A DNA stretch of 64,000 bases from the human T2T-CHM13v2.0 reference genome, Homo sapiens: assembly GCF_009914755.1 (NCBI RefSeq), contig NC_060926.1. One strand, written 5' to 3'. Below are positions 1 through 13,920 of the stretch, piece by piece. The notes beneath the pieces are model-generated. The model worked only from the letters and a program-made list of their open reading frames with translations. It was not told the DNA's origin and made no database searches. Position numbers and translations under genes: made by a program. Numbering within the stretch: the first letter of the stretch is position 1; each line of letters begins with the position of its first letter.

Positions 1-740
1 GACATCATCTGGAAAAATCTGAAACCATACAGTGGACTGGGTCAAGATTTCCAGAACACTATTCAAGAAGCAGATGAGTTTATGAGACTGCTAACCCAAG
101 ATGAGCAGAACAGTAATTAATTACATAGGACTGAATGAGCTGATGAAGAATAATTGTGGGCTTGCTTGGAATATTGCTGTTGCTTTATTGTTACACTTTG
201 TAAATGCAAGGAATCTTTTATCTGTTTTCGTAGGTCATCTATAACATAACAATTTAATCGACCTTGATTTTGCTAACAAAAATGAAACATTTATCCTTTT
301 CTCCCTGCCTGAACCTTTCAGAACCCAGAAATTCTTATTTTCATGGCAATATAGTTATTTACATACATTTAGTAGGAGTCTATTCTGGTTAACAGGATAT
401 AACTTAAAACACTGGTTCAAGGCCTTGCCTGAGACATTATATTTTAAAATGATAGTCACTCAGGTATGACCAGACATTTTTAAGGAACTAACGTTGACTT
501 GAAAAAGTCAGTACATTCAAAGCCCTCTTGGAAAAGCCATACATGACTTATAAATTCCCAAATATATAGGTAAAAAATAGAGATCATTTCCTGGCAGTTT
601 GAAGAAATTTAACATATTTTATGTCCTTGAGAAGAGAAGAATTCACCCAAAAACTAGAAGTACTGCTGGTGAAGTGTAATGGCTTGGTTTTCAAGAAGGT
701 TTAAAAGTCTAATCTAAGATTCCTTATGGAAACTTCCTAC

Positions 741-771
<31 letters not shown>

Positions 772-967
772 TTAAAAGTCCTATATGGCAAATTGTCCTT
801 TTTCCTTTATCTGTGAAATACTGAGGCCACATCTAATGAGACCCACCATGGGTTAGTAGTTCATGGTCAAGAATGATCTTTCTTTGAGATTGCCTTTGAT
901 CAAAAGGAGGTATGGGGGTGACTGTAGGGATAAATGTTGTCTTTTAATAGAAGACTCTAACAAATTT

Positions 968-2271
968 GCATTCATTTCCTAGGGATGCTGTAACAAGTAC
1001 TACAAAGTGAGTGGCTTAAATTTATTCCCTGGCAGCTCTGAGGGCTAGAAATCTGGAATTGTGTCAGCAGGTCTGTGGTCCCCCTGAGACTTAGGAAGAA
1101 TGTTTCAGCACCTCTTCTAGCTTCACATGGTGGTCAGTAACCCTTGGCTAGTTTGACTTGTGAGACGTATCACTCTCATCTCCACCCATCATCATAGGGC
1201 CTTCTGCCCTGTGTGTGTGTGTATGTGTGTGTGTGTATGTGTGTGTGTACCCTGTTTGACCTTCTGTGCATTTGTGTCCAAATATCCTCTTATTTTAAGG
1301 ACACTAATCATTGAATTATGGCCCATTCTAATTCATATGGTCCCATTTAACTTGATTACATCCCGCAAAGACCCAATTGTAAACTAAATCATGTCCCCCC
1401 ACCAAATTCATACTTTGAAGCTCTAAATACCAGTGGAGCTACATTTGGAGGAAGAAAGTGATTAAGGGTAAAAGGGGTCATAACATTGGCCCTTGGTCTA
1501 ATGGGATTAGTGCCCATCTAAGAAAAGACACTAGAGAGCCTGTGCTCTCTCTTCACAAGCACACACCAAGGAAAGGCCACGTGAGGACACAGCACGAAGG
1601 TGAACATCTGTAAGCCAGGAGAAAAGCCCTCACGAGGATTAACAAAACACTGATGATTTCGGGTTTCCTAACTTGGACTTGGATTCAAATTTTCCTTCTT
1701 TTCAAACATCGATGAATATCAGCTTAGAATTGTGTTCTTATTAGCGTTCCTTCAGGCAAAAGGGAACCTGCTAACTAGTCAGTTCCAATAACTGATGCAA
1801 GATCATCTTCTGACCATAGCAAACCTATCAAGCTTGCTGCTTTCTCTGACTCAGTGGGGCATAGACCTCCTAATTACTGAATAAATATTGCTCAGGTTTT
1901 TTTTTTAGGTCTGTGAGATAAGTTTGCAGAATCAATAAAACATTGTCACAAAGTAGGTATCTTCATTATGCTATCAGCTTGGGGATATAGATGATCTTTG
2001 GGCTGCCCTCTTCCCTTTTATCATCTCCTTATCCATACTGCTTTTTGAACTTTCTGAACTCCTTAGCAGGTAGGCACAGTACCTTTAATGTGGCTTGGAC
2101 TTCCCTTCCTCAAGAACTATAAGAAGCACATTTCTGTTGTTTGAACACACCAGAATATTGTATTTTAGTGCAGACTAATACAGACACTACTTCTAAATAG
2201 GATGATGTTTACAGTCACCAGAGGTTAGGATTTGAACATGTCTCTTGGGGCACACAATTCAACCCACAACA
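968..2271 (-). mobile_element. MLT1-type MaLR LTR split by a nested second MaLR LTR
   Basis: Reverse MLT1 terminus 'tttcctagggatgctgtaacaagtactacaaagtgagtggcttaaa' at ~975 and 'cacacaattcaacccacaaca' ending 2271; contains a (GT)n tract at 1210-1248. Confidence 0.65.
1378..2183 (+). mobile_element. MLT1A/MST-like LTR nested in the MLT1 LTR, itself interrupted at ~1640-2085
   Basis: 'gtcccccc..aaattcata', 'ccacgtgaggacacagc..gccaggagaaaagccctcac', then resumes 'cttggacttccc..tttctgttgtt..gactaataca'. Confidence 0.6.
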
Positions 2272-3164
2272 TCCTTCAGGGATATCAGATTCTGATCATA
2301 TTCATTATCTTTATGCTACTTTGAATATGTTTAAAAACTGTAATAATTGATGGATAAGCAAACTGTCTTGATTTCTCCCACTGTGAAAACAAAAGACAGT
2401 GTTATTTCCTGTCACCTTGTACACACTGTCAAGCTTCACCAAGTTTTCAGGACTTCCAGTTTCCTTCAATATCTGTTTCCGACCCTCCAGACCAATATTT
2501 TAATTTTTCTCTCTCACTTCTGACTCAGCATTACTGAGAACCACAGCTTGACTGCACAGATCTCTATCAAGGCTCTAGGATACCCCGAAGCTGGCCTTTT
2601 CCCCAGGATCTGAAGAAGTCCCAAGATTTGAAGCCTGACAACTTACTGAACCTGGAAAAACTGAAAACCACTTAAGACTGCTGGATTCACCCACAGACAA
2701 TCCACTGTGTGAGCTCCTAGGACTGTCTGGTGAAACACTTGCTTTTTTAAAAAAAAGGAAACCATACTGTGGACAACATCCCCCAGAGCATTGACTCTTC
2801 ACGTCAAGAAACTCAACAAGCAATGTGTATAATCCAGAGATTTCCATCCAAAGACCTCCTGGGATCTGATAGACTGGATACCCTTGGGGTTCAACTCTTG
2901 GCTGTTTAATACAACATTTTATGCTATATTTATGTTTTTCACTTTAGGCATTCCACTTTTAAAATGCCTCATCTTAGGGACATAAAACAGCTCACCATTG
3001 CTAGCGTGCTCAACAGACGTTTCCACTGGTTTTCCAGGGACAATGCTCAGGAAACTCTGGCCCTGAAGACTATTGCACTCAGCCATCTACAACTTCTAAT
3101 TTCCCTTATCCCTGAGTTGCTCAGGGACAGTTTATCTGAGCCTGTATTAAAACAGAGGAGAGAC

Positions 3165-3566
3165 TGACAAAGCTGATCAAACTACATTTGACATAACTTG
3201 AGGCTGGATATACTGTGATGGCTGGCCCTCAGTTTTATATGAACTTCCCTCATTATAACTTTTTTTGCTCTATCTCAGGGACAAACCTCTGCCCATGTAC
3301 TTAAATGAAAATGAACATTCCCTACCTTCCTGTTATTGCAACATTTGACACAGTTCCTTAAGTATCAAGACCGCTCAGCATTTTTTAGTTTTTCTCTTCC
3401 CACAGTCATCGATCTCATGTCTTTGCATGTAAAAGCTTTGCTTGACCACCTATTCCAAGAAATGTTCTGGCATGGACCCTGAGCATTTCTCTGTTGCACC
3501 AACTGCTCTTAATAAAGTATTTTCTTTATTAAGAAAATCCGGAGATGTGTCTGTGCTTCCTTGACA
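3165..3566 (+). mobile_element. 3' LTR of the ERV1-like element
   Basis: TG start after a polypurine tract, internal AATAAA (~3511), ends ...ccttgaCA. Confidence 0.5.
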
Positions 3567-3769
3567 GTAAATACAACTAATAGTTATCTTCCTAAGCTGC
3601 TAAGGGTGTACTGGGATAGAGTGGGCAGTTTCTGGGGGAAGGAGTAACAGAGTGTGAACAGGTTAAACAATGTTCCCAAGGCTACAATGCTAGTAAGTAA
3701 TTGATTTAGGATTTAGAATTTTTAATTGATATATCTAACTCAATAGCCCATCTTTTCTCAATATATTAT

Positions 3770-3883
3770 GAGGAAGGAAGGAAGAAAGGAAGAAAGGAAG
3801 GAAAGAAAGAACGAAGGAAGGAAGGAAGGAAGGAAGGAGGGAGGGAAGGCAAGCGGGCAGGCAGGCAGGCAGGCAGGCAGGCG
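3770..3883. repeat. (GGAA)n/(GGCA)n microsatellite
   Basis: Directly visible. Confidence 0.95.
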
Positions 3884-4639
3884 GCTTGTCTTTCCCTGGG
3901 CTATATTACCTATAGTGTTTCTGTAATTGGTATGAGCCGCATCATTAAGCTTTTGAGCAGCCTGTCTCACTGAGTTTCCTAATGAAGTTGTGAGTCTCCC
4001 TTACAAATAATGAATTAACCATAATCACTGTATCAGTCTGAGTAGCCAGGAAACAGAAACCACAGCAGCAGTATTTAAACAGAGGGATTTTGATGTAAAA
4101 GATCGTTAACTAGATGTTGAAGAACCAGAAAGCAAAATAAAATAAAACTCTGGGGTACTCTAAAAGTAGCAACTGCAAGAAGCAGCTGCCACACCTAAGG
4201 TTGGTAGAACAAAAAGAGGGAGCTGAATTATTAAAATTTAAAAGCTTAAAGGAAAAGTCCCCTGGGACAGTAACCCAGGGCTGGGCAGGTGCTGACATCT
4301 CCAAGTAGGGCCATGAGGAAAGTGTGCACATATTGACAAACCCACCCACTCAGTCTAACTGCTGCTATAGGAAGGCCCTACTTCAGATGCAGTGACCAAG
4401 ATTTTTGGGTATCACTCACAAGTTTGGAAGAGTCTGTCCTCCTTGCTCCAGCCTCCTAATATCACTCTCTGCCTGTGTGGGCAGGGCCTGATTGAAGCCA
4501 GCTGGCGAGCATAATGTAAAGTGCAGAGTCCTAGCTCAGACCTCACAAAGCAGAGCAGATGGGTGGTTTGGAAGCTAGGAAATGATAGGTTAATAACTGG
4601 CACCTTCACATTCCCCAGTGGGTGAGCCTTCAATGAAGT

Positions 4640-5130
4640 ATACAAACTATTACCAGAATGCAATGGCTTAAAATTATTTACTATATTTTATCATGATTCT
4701 GAGAGGTAGTAATATGGGCAGTTCTGTGGGACTCACCTGGGGTCACTCATGCAGCTGATTGGGATCCAAGCTGACCTCATTCAGACTCTGGAATGCTGGT
4801 GCCAGCTGTTGGCGATGGCATCTTAATTCTTCTCCTAGGGCCTCTCATGCTTCCATTGGGGTTACTGGGCTTCTTCCCAGGAGGCTGATGGGGAGTTGAT
4901 GTTGGCGTTGTAAGAGGTTCTAAGCAGAAGCTGCAAGGCCTTCGAGGCCTCCAGCTCACACACCTCTCCAGCACATCCTATCAGATAAAGCAAGCCACAG
5001 GCCAGCCCAGTCTCAAGGAAATGGAGAAAGAGCATTTATCATTTGATGAAAGGGGAAGGAAAATCATTTAGCAAATAGAAGTGATCCAGGAAGGTAGACT
5101 CCTGGGAGCTGTGACTGCAACCATTCTCAC
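4640..5130 (-). mobile_element. Old MLT1 MaLR LTR
   Basis: 'caatggcttaaaa', 'cactcatgcagctg', 'ggccagcccagtctcaaggaaatggaga' are MLT1-like motifs. Confidence 0.5.
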
Positions 5131-5539
5131 AGGTGGAAGACCTTTTATTCCTTTAAGTCACCTCCTATTTTCTCCTCATCTCTTCAGCCCACCATCAGCC
5201 TAGCTCAGCACTTGAATGCAGAATGGTGCCTCCTTAACCCTCCTAAGTATCAGCTGGTCTCAAAGACACACAATCCCCGAGCCCCTGTTGCAGTCCTTCT
5301 TTTTTTTTTTCTGGCCTCCTTACTCCTCCCTATAATGTAAAAGCTCCTCTCTGGCTGACCTTAGAGACACCTGCCAATCTCATGTCTAGGGTCCTCCCTG
5401 TTGCAACAGTCCTCCTCCCCTCCCTCCTACAATCTGTTTGAATAGAAGCTCTATGCCCAGATTTCTTTTAATTGGATAGTGACTGCTTGTTACTCACAGC
5501 CCTGACCTTGAATGTACCATTTCCAACCTCCAAAGGAAT

Positions 5540-6940
5540 ACTGGGTGGCCTATTCACTCTAACTTGGTAAATGTGACAGGCTCATAGTGCTCAATTTCAA
5601 ATGCATGGACATATGCACCCTATGGCCAGACATTCCAAACTTACCTGGGTCCAGTACTATGCCAGGTAGTATGTCCCAAGGGGGGGCGGATTTTTCAGCT
5701 GCAGATGGCATGGACTGCATCTCTTCCAAGAGCCTGTGTTGTGATTCTCCCATTGCATGTGCACTTACTACTGACACCCCCATGGGGAGTGTAGGTTTCA
5801 CAGACCACGTGGCAGGGAAGCATCCACTACAGAGTGAACCTACTGCAGAGCCCTTTCCTGTCCCAAGGACCTGTTCCTAGCTGCCCATGGTCTAAGTCAT
5901 CTGATGTAGAAGGTGTCATCTCCAGATCCCAAAGGACCTATCCAGGTGATCAACTTCCTTCTTTGTGGCAGGAGATGCAAGATGCAACAACAATTTGCTT
6001 GAACTCTGTAAGAAACATTCTACAAATCCTCTGACTTCTAAACACCTCAAAACTTTATTGAAGTGACAAGTCCCTGAATCTTCTCAGAGTTTAGCTCCTG
6101 CATCCACCCTCTGGAGTGCATGTATCTTCCCAAGACCTCCATGGCTTCTTGCTTATCCAACCCAATCAGCATGACGTCTCGACAAAGTAGATCAGCATAG
6201 TGTTCTGCAGATGCACCAGATGGCTTTGTTCCCTTATATAACAGGGCCAAGTAGAGTAAACATAATTCTAGGGCAAGACTAGTAGTAACTATTGTCCTTT
6301 CCACATGAATTCCAATAAGACTTCTGTTCTGATCAGAAGAGAAGAGTATATCCAACAATTCAGGGTTGTGCACCATGTGCCCAATTGGCTGTTGGAATCA
6401 ATTCTAAAAACAACTCTGTGTCTGGAGCTGAAGCTGCCATCAGAGTGGCAACTTGGTTGGTTGAGGTAATCTCCAGTTCTCCTTCAGGATACAGCTTGCT
6501 ACTAAAGAGGCTGCACTGAGGAGTTAAAAGAAAATGATAAAAACCCCCACCACTCCGTATCCCACCACAAGCTTAAGGACTTTTAAAATGACACTCATCT
6601 CTTCAACACAACTCCAGCCCCCTATGAGCATGCGATATTGTTATTGATTTGCTATGTAGGTGACTTGGGTGGCAGTTTCAGGTGGTTTCACATGTCCTTC
6701 TTACTTGACAGGCAAAGGGCCCAATGCAGGAGCTACCCCAATGGTCAAGTATATTAATCGAATTATCCATTCAGGGACTGGGAAGAGAACTGCTGGGTTG
6801 GTCTGCAGAATTTAACTGAATTCACCCAGGACACTAATTATTACATAACCCTATAAGCTCCCACTTTATCAGGGGGCCATGATGATGCTTTGGCTCTTTG
6901 GGTATCAATGTCACCTTAGACCCATGTCCAACTGTCCTCA
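5540..6940 (-). mobile_element. Degenerate ERVL-class internal (pol/RT) remnant
   Basis: ORF 6047-6376(-) ends 'DVMLIGLDKQEAMEVLGRYMHSRGW..NSEKIQGLVTSIKF', resembling the ERVL RT segment 'DDIMLIG..EQEVA..L..RGWEINP.KIQGP.TSVKF'. Confidence 0.6.
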
Positions 6941-6945
6941 AATGT

Positions 6946-7173
6946 CAAGGGTCAGCAAACATATTTTATAAAATGTTAATTGGTGAGTACTTTAGGTTTT
7001 GCAAATCATAACATCTTAGTTGCAATTATGGACTCTGCAATTGTAGCATGAAATCAGCCATAGACAATGTGTAAATGAATGGACATTGCTGTTTTCTAAT
7101 AAAACTTTATTTGCAAAAACAGATGCCTGGCTTGATTTGGTTCTCAGTCCACAGTGTGCTGCCCCCTGCTCTA
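6946..7173. mobile_element. MER58-type hAT DNA transposon
   Basis: 'caagggtcagcaaac..cagccatagacaatgtgtaaatgaatgg..taataaaactttatttgcaaaaacag..cccctgctcta'. Confidence 0.75.
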
Positions 7174-7344
7174 GGCAATCTCTTCCCTTTAATGTCAAGT
7201 CACCCAAGTAAATGTCTCTAAGTTCTCTTTGAAGAAGAACTGTGTACACACAGGATACCACAGAATACTTCAAGGTTTCAAGGTCCTTTCTCCTAGCAAC
7301 AGAAATATTTCTTCAATCACTGCATTCCAGAAATGAAGACACAA

Positions 7345-8480
7345 AGACATCATGAGAATATAAAACTACACACTAACATCCCTTATGAATATAGGTGGAA
7401 AAATCCTCTACAAATACTAGAAAATAATCTAGCAGAATCGTAAAAAGAATTATATACCATGACCAACTGAGATTTATTCCAGGATTCGACAGAGGTTCAA
7501 GAAATGAAAATAATCAATCAGTGTAATATTCCACATCAATAGAATAATGTATGAGAACAACTACATAATCATATTAACTAATTCAAAAGATACATGTGAG
7601 AAATTCAATATCTCTTCATGATAGAAACACTGAAGTAACTAGGAATAGAATATTCAGCAAGTATAAATCCAAAGAGAACCACATGATGACACAATATAAT
7701 TGAACTGCCTAACATCATTCACAATGAGAGAATCTTTTTTACTTGTAACTTTTGTTTTTATTTTATTTTTAAAATTAATTTATTTTTAATTGACAAAAGG
7801 TACATATTTATTCTGTGCAACATTATGTTTTAAAAATGCATACACTGTGGAATTGCTAAATTGAGTTTTTTAATATGTGCATTACCATATGTGCATATAT
7901 TTATTATTTTGTGTGTGTGTGGTGAGAACCCTTAAAATTTACTGTCAATGATTTTCAAAAATACAATATATTGTTATTAGCTGTGATCCATATTGTACAA
8001 TAGATCTCTTGAAATTACTTTTCCTAGCTAACTGAAAAAATGATAATCTTGGAAGCAGCAAGACAAAACAATTTGCTGCATATGAAGGGCCTCCTTAAGA
8101 TTATCATCCAATTTATCAGCAGAAACTTTCCAGGCCAGAAGGAGGTGGGGCAATATATTCCAAGTCCTGAAAGAGAAAAATTGTCACCAACAATACTGTG
8201 CCTAGCAAAACTGACCTTCAAACATGAAGGAGAAAGTAAAGCTTTTTCCAAATAAACAAAAGCTGAGTTTGTTCCCACTAGACCTGCTCTGAAATAAATA
8301 ATCAAAGGAGCCCTTCAAATTGAAAAACTGGATGCTAGACAGCAACATAAAGCTGTATAAAAATATAAGGTTCTCTGGTAACAATAAACACATTGACAAA
8401 TATAGTAACTTAGAGTTTTATGTATTCAAAACATACGGTTTGGAATTACTTATGTTTAGAAGAGAAGCAGAACAGAAAAT
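7345..8480 (+). mobile_element. Old L1 fragments (ORF2- and ORF1-like) with an antisense L1M 3' piece at ~7740-8035
   Basis: 'ccatgaccaactgagatttattccagg' (ORF2-like); ORF 8040-8255 resembles L1 ORF1 ('ILEAARQ..AKLTFKHEGESKAFS'). Confidence 0.65.
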
Positions 8481-8499
8481 TTTGTAAAATTTCAGAGCT

Positions 8500-9248
8500 G
8501 CTCAAGGTCAAGAGAACCCACCTCTTATATCCATGTGACCTGGAAATGAGACTTGGAGTCAAAGGAGTTCATTTTGGAGCTTTAATACTTGACTATCCTG
8601 CTGAATTTTGGACTTGCATGGGGCCTGTAGCCCTTTTGTTTTGGCCAATTTCTCCCATTTGGAATAAGCGTATTTACCCAATGTCTGTATCGCCATTAAA
8701 CCTAAGAAGTAATTAACTTGCTTTTGATTTTAGAGGTTCATAGGTGGAAGGGACTTGCCTTGTCTCAGATAAGACATTGGACTGTGGACTTTTGAATTAA
8801 TGTTGAAGTGAGTTAAAACTGGAAGACTGTTGGGAAGGCAAGATTGATCTTGAAATGTGAGGATGTGAGACTTGGGAGGGGTCAGGGCAACATAATATGG
8901 TTTGGTTGTGTCTCCACCAGATATCACTTTGAATTGTAACAATCCTCACATGTCAAGGGCAGGGCCAGGTGGAGATAATTAAACCATGGGGACAGTTTCC
9001 CCCATACTGTTGTCCTGGTAATGAAGAAGTCTCAGGAGATCTGATGGTTTTTTCACTGGGAGTTTCCCTGCACAAGCTCTCTTGCCTGCCGCCCTGTTAA
9101 GATGTATCTTTGTTTCTTGTTTCCCTTCCACCATGATTGTGAGGCCTCCCAGCAATATGAAACTGTGAAGCCATTAACCCTGTTTTCCTTATAAATTATG
9201 CAGCCTCAGGTATGCCTTTATTAGCATTGCAAGAAAAGGCTAATACAC
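8500..9248 (+). mobile_element. MST/THE1-type MaLR internal 3' end plus LTR
   Basis: 'gggacttgccttgtctcagat..gactgttgggaaggca', then LTR 'atatggtttggttgtgtc..ccatgattgtgaggcctccc..ctaataca'. Confidence 0.8.
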
Positions 9249-11060
9249 TGCATGAACTATTTATATGTAGAGTCTAAAATAGTGAAACTCATAGAAGCAG
9301 AGAGCAGAATGATGTTTGCCGGGGTGGAAGGAAAGGAAAATGGGAAGATCTTGGACAAAGGTCACAAAGTTTCAGTTATGCAGCATGAATAACTTCTGGA
9401 AATCCAATGTATAGTGTGTAACTTTAGTTAATAATACTGTATTATATACTCAAAATTTGTGAAAGGTCATTCTCACCACACAACAAAGACAGAAAAAAGA
9501 AAATGGTAACTGTCTGATGTAATGGATATATTAATTATCTTGATAGTGGTGATGATTTCAGTGTATATTCTATCAAGACATCAACTTTTATACATCTTAA
9601 ATACATGCAGCTTTAATTTGTCAATTATACCTCAGAAAAGCTAAAGTAATAAAAACCTAAATGGAAGACGTAAAACTGTAAAACACCTAGAAACAAACAT
9701 AAGGGGGAATACTCATGATACTGAATTTGGCAATGATTTCTTGGACATGACACTAAAAGCACAGTCAATGATAAGCAAATGGAACTACATCAAGCTTCAA
9801 ATCATTTGTCTATCAAATGTTATATTCAACTGAGTGAAAAAGCATGGGAGAAAATATCTGTAAATTATACAAGTCATAAGGGGTCACTATCCAAAATACA
9901 TAAAGGAGCCATACAAATAAGTCAAACAACCCAATTACAAAACAGACAAGGGACTTGAATAGACATTTATCCAAAAAGCCAACATGCACACGAAAATATG
10001 CTCAATGTCAAGCAAAATAATGATATATCACCTCACACTCAGTAGGGATGGTGACTATAAAAACAAAACCCAAAACAAAAAATGGCTCCTCAAAAAATTG
10101 AAAATAAAACTACTATATGATTCACCAATCCCATTTCTGGTTAGAACTGGAAAGAAGGGTCTCAAAATAATTAAAAGCAGGGTCTTAAAGAAATATTTTC
10201 CATCCATTTTCAAAGCAGGATTATTCACAATAACCAAATGGTGCAAAGAAACCAAATGTCTATCAAGGAATGAACAGAGAAGCAACATCTGTTATATGCA
10301 TAAAATAGATTATTTTTCCGTTTTATAAAGAAATAATCCTATCACATACTTACGTGGATGAGCCACGAGGATGTTACTCTAAGAGAAATAGGTCAGTCCT
10401 AAAATGACAAATACGGTATCATTCTATTTCTATAAGGTATCTAAAGTAGACAAATTCATAGAATCAGAAGTTAAAATTGTGGTTCCTAGGAACTAAAAAG
10501 AGAAAGAAAAGGGGAATTACAGTGTACACTTAAAAATGGTAAAGATGGCACATTTCTTTGTGTCTTTTTTTAACCAGAAATAAACATAAGACTCAACAAT
10601 GCTATTCCTAGGTATATACCCAACTGAATTGAAAAATAGTTCTCAAATACTTAAGCACAAATGGACTGTTCACAGTAGCATTACTCACAATGACCACCAG
10701 CTGTAAACAGCCCACATTCCTGCCAATGGATGAATAAATAAACAAAATATGGCACATACATACAAACAAATGTTTTTCAGCCATAAAAGACTTAAAGTGC
10801 CATAACACAAAAGGTTACATATTGGATGAAACATCCCAAATAATTTGATTGATTCTGTAGAGGCATAAAGAAGGTTGGTGGTTACCAGGTGCTGTGAGAG
10901 GAGGGGTGAAGAGGGAGAGCTTCATGGGGATGGCACTTTCTTTAAGGGTGAAAACATTTTCTAATATGAGCTAGAGGTAATGGTGGAATGTACTAAATGC
11001 CACCAAAATGTACACCTTAAAATGGTTGATTTTATATTATATTAATTTTAATTTCAAGAT
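9249..11060 (+). mobile_element. L1M ORF2/3'UTR fragments
   Basis: 'gaaactcatagaagcagagagcagaatg', 'gacttgaatagacattt', 'tatgattcaccaatcccatttctgg'. Confidence 0.75.
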
Positions 11061-12263
11061 TTTAAATTAATTTTTTATTTTTAATATAATTTTTAAAAGT
11101 TTTACATTTAAAACTTTCAATTAAAAAATAAACATTACAGGAGAAACGATGACAAAATATATCCTAGAAAAAGTAAACACAATTCCTGAAAAAATACATG
11201 TTGTTGCTTATGATCAATATCTTTTTGCTTCTCATAGTTTGTTTGAAAGTTGCTACACCCCGAAGCTTATGGAAAACTTTAAAAGTTTTTTAAAAAAATA
11301 AAGAAGACCCATGTCATCCCCATGTCTATTTTATTTTCACCCTATGGTATCCCGTTAACTTGTGGTGATGACTAGTAGAGGGCACAGAGGGAAAGGCCAT
11401 TGTGAAGCTTGGGGTGCCTACTTTCCATGTGGTAAAGAAGGGTAAAGTCTATTTCCTATTTGGTAAGATAAAGATACACAATGTTCTCAATGTACAATTA
11501 ATAAATGTTTGGAGCTACGTACCTTTCTGTGTGCTGTTCTGTTTCCGGAAATTTCCCATGACTCAAAAATGTTATCAGATGACACTACCCTCAAAAGGGA
11601 CGGATAATGTTGACAGACAACACTGTTAATATAGACAATCTTGCATGAGAGACTGTGACTTTGAAACTATGAGGACAGTCTATTTGGAATCATCTATTTC
11701 TCAATTATTTGTATTTCTTCAGATTAGATTAGAATAATAAATCTAAATACATAACAAGATTGTGTAGTAAGCCTCTAAGAGTCAAACACATTGACAAAGA
11801 TTCTAACAAAATTAATGTTGTCTATACTACATAATTTATTTTGCTGAAAAGAATAGAGAGAGTAATAAATTATATTTTTATCAAGTTCCTTAAAGACCTC
11901 TCAAAATAAATAAAATGTTCAAATATATGAAATGTTATTGACATAGTTAAGGTCTCTTTTTTCCTCAAAAATCAAAAACAGATTCTTTGGAATGACTGGT
12001 GGAATTGTAAAATATCTTGTAAGATTAACTGATAAATGCCAAGCACAAACAAAATTTTGCCAGTAATAAAAAGAGGGGATATCATAAATTCCTGCAAACA
12101 TCAAAGTAATAAAAGAATGTTATAATGGAAGCTATGCCAGTATATTTGAAAATACATGCAAAATGGAAAAATTCCAAGAATGTATAATTTTTCACAACTA
12201 ACTCAAGAACAGATAGAAAATATCACCTGCTATTCAGTGATAGAAGTTTCCACTTGCTCCGAT

Positions 12264-12966
12264 TGAGGAAGGAAATTAAAGAAGTAAAGAAAAATAAAAT
12301 AAAAAAAAAACAGAAAAGAAAAACAAGTCTTCTGTATTAGTCTGACTCGTCCCAAAGGCAATAACAGGCAAAGCCCAGACCCAGGCAAACTCTCGATAAC
12401 ATTATCAAAGAAGCCAGGGCTCAAAGAAATGTGCTCTAGAGACTCTCCAGAAAGAAAACAAATTTTTCTTTCCCCTATAATATGAGTAAACTTATGAGTT
12501 TATAGATTCCTGTTTTCTGTAACTACTAACTTCCAGTATTCTGTTTTATCTAAGCAGCACATTGAAGGTTATAAGACATGCCTGAACAGGCGTGGGCTAC
12601 AGCCATCTAGGCCCCGTGGTGAACATTATGAGACAAGCCCATGCAAGGCACTAGAGCAAGCCTAGATAACAGCCATCTGGACTGCATAGCAAGAGCTGCA
12701 TGTAATCCAGAGTTATGAACATATCACAATTTGATTAACTGCCTTTGTTCTGCCTCAGTATTCTTGCTTTTGCGCCACTACACTTCACGCCATTGTAAAC
12801 TTCTTTAAAGCTAGCCTACACTCTTTCAGAAGTGTGTATAAAAGTCAAGTGCTGTCTTTGTTCTGGGGCCAGTTTTTGGATGTTAATCGACTGGCTCTGA
12901 GTGCTCTCAGTAAAATCCTCCTCTTTCATCCTGTCATCTCTCTGGTCCTCCTTCATTCCCGCAACA
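12264..12966 (+). mobile_element. Solo ERV1 LTR, ERV3/HERV-R-related (LTR4/LTR15-like)
   Basis: TGAGG..GCAACA termini, 4-bp flanks cgat/agat, TATAAAAG at ~12837, 'gattaactgcctttgttctgc' and 'agtcaag..gtctttgttc..tttggatgttaatc' resemble the ERV3 LTR as I recall it. Confidence 0.7.
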
Positions 12967-13607
12967 AGATGTTCACCAATACCTGGCAGTTATAGAAGTG
13001 TGTCAATTTTTCCAACTAAAATAATTTAAAAGAATTCACATTTTTAACATTTTCATTTCCTTGAAAACTCATGCTATTGGACATCTTCCCATATGTTATT
13101 TGGACATCAGGTTTTCCTTTTCTGTGAATTGCTTACATGCATATTCACTGATTATTTTCTTAGTTTATATTTTTGGTTTATAAAATATTTTTATATATCA
13201 TGGATACTTATTTATGTATGTTCCAAATATTTGTTTTTTGATTATCAAAACTAATATAGAAGAATATTTTTTCTTTACTACATGGAAATTTTATATTTTA
13301 TTAATAAGTTCTGCCAAGCCTCATAGTAATAAAAAGATTTTGTGTCCAAAAGTGGTAAAGATTTACTTTTTTTTATATTAAGACTTTCATTTCTGTTTTG
13401 GATTAGATTTACCTAATAAGAGTCTCAAACAAAATCATATGGCAAGCAGCATACAGGAATCTGTAGATGCATTCACATTAAGATCAGAATTAAAAGAGAA
13501 GAGGCCAGAAATGCTTACGGGATGTGGAGAAATTGAGAAAATAATAATTTTTTCAGGGAAAGACAACATGCTGATCCTGGTTATATTGATATAAAGATAA
13601 ATAGTGG

Positions 13608-13920
<313 letters not shown>

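Larger units (their letters stand above)
1..3164 (+). mobile_element. Degenerate ERV1-class internal sequence (MER4/MER34-group-like) interrupted by MaLR LTRs
   Basis: Resembles non-autonomous ERV1 internal sequence by eye; ends in a purine tract (aaaacagaggagagac) immediately before a TG-starting LTR; subfamily uncertain. Confidence 0.45.

Noticed and set aside
741-769. 29-nt poly(A) with tttaaaagtc on both sides as an orphan retro-insertion
   Set aside because: The flanking repeat looks intrinsic to the ERV internal sequence; simple A-run expansion is sufficient
3770-3883. GGAA microsatellite as an EWS-FLI1-type enhancer
   Set aside because: The uninterrupted GGAA run is short and nothing else supports it
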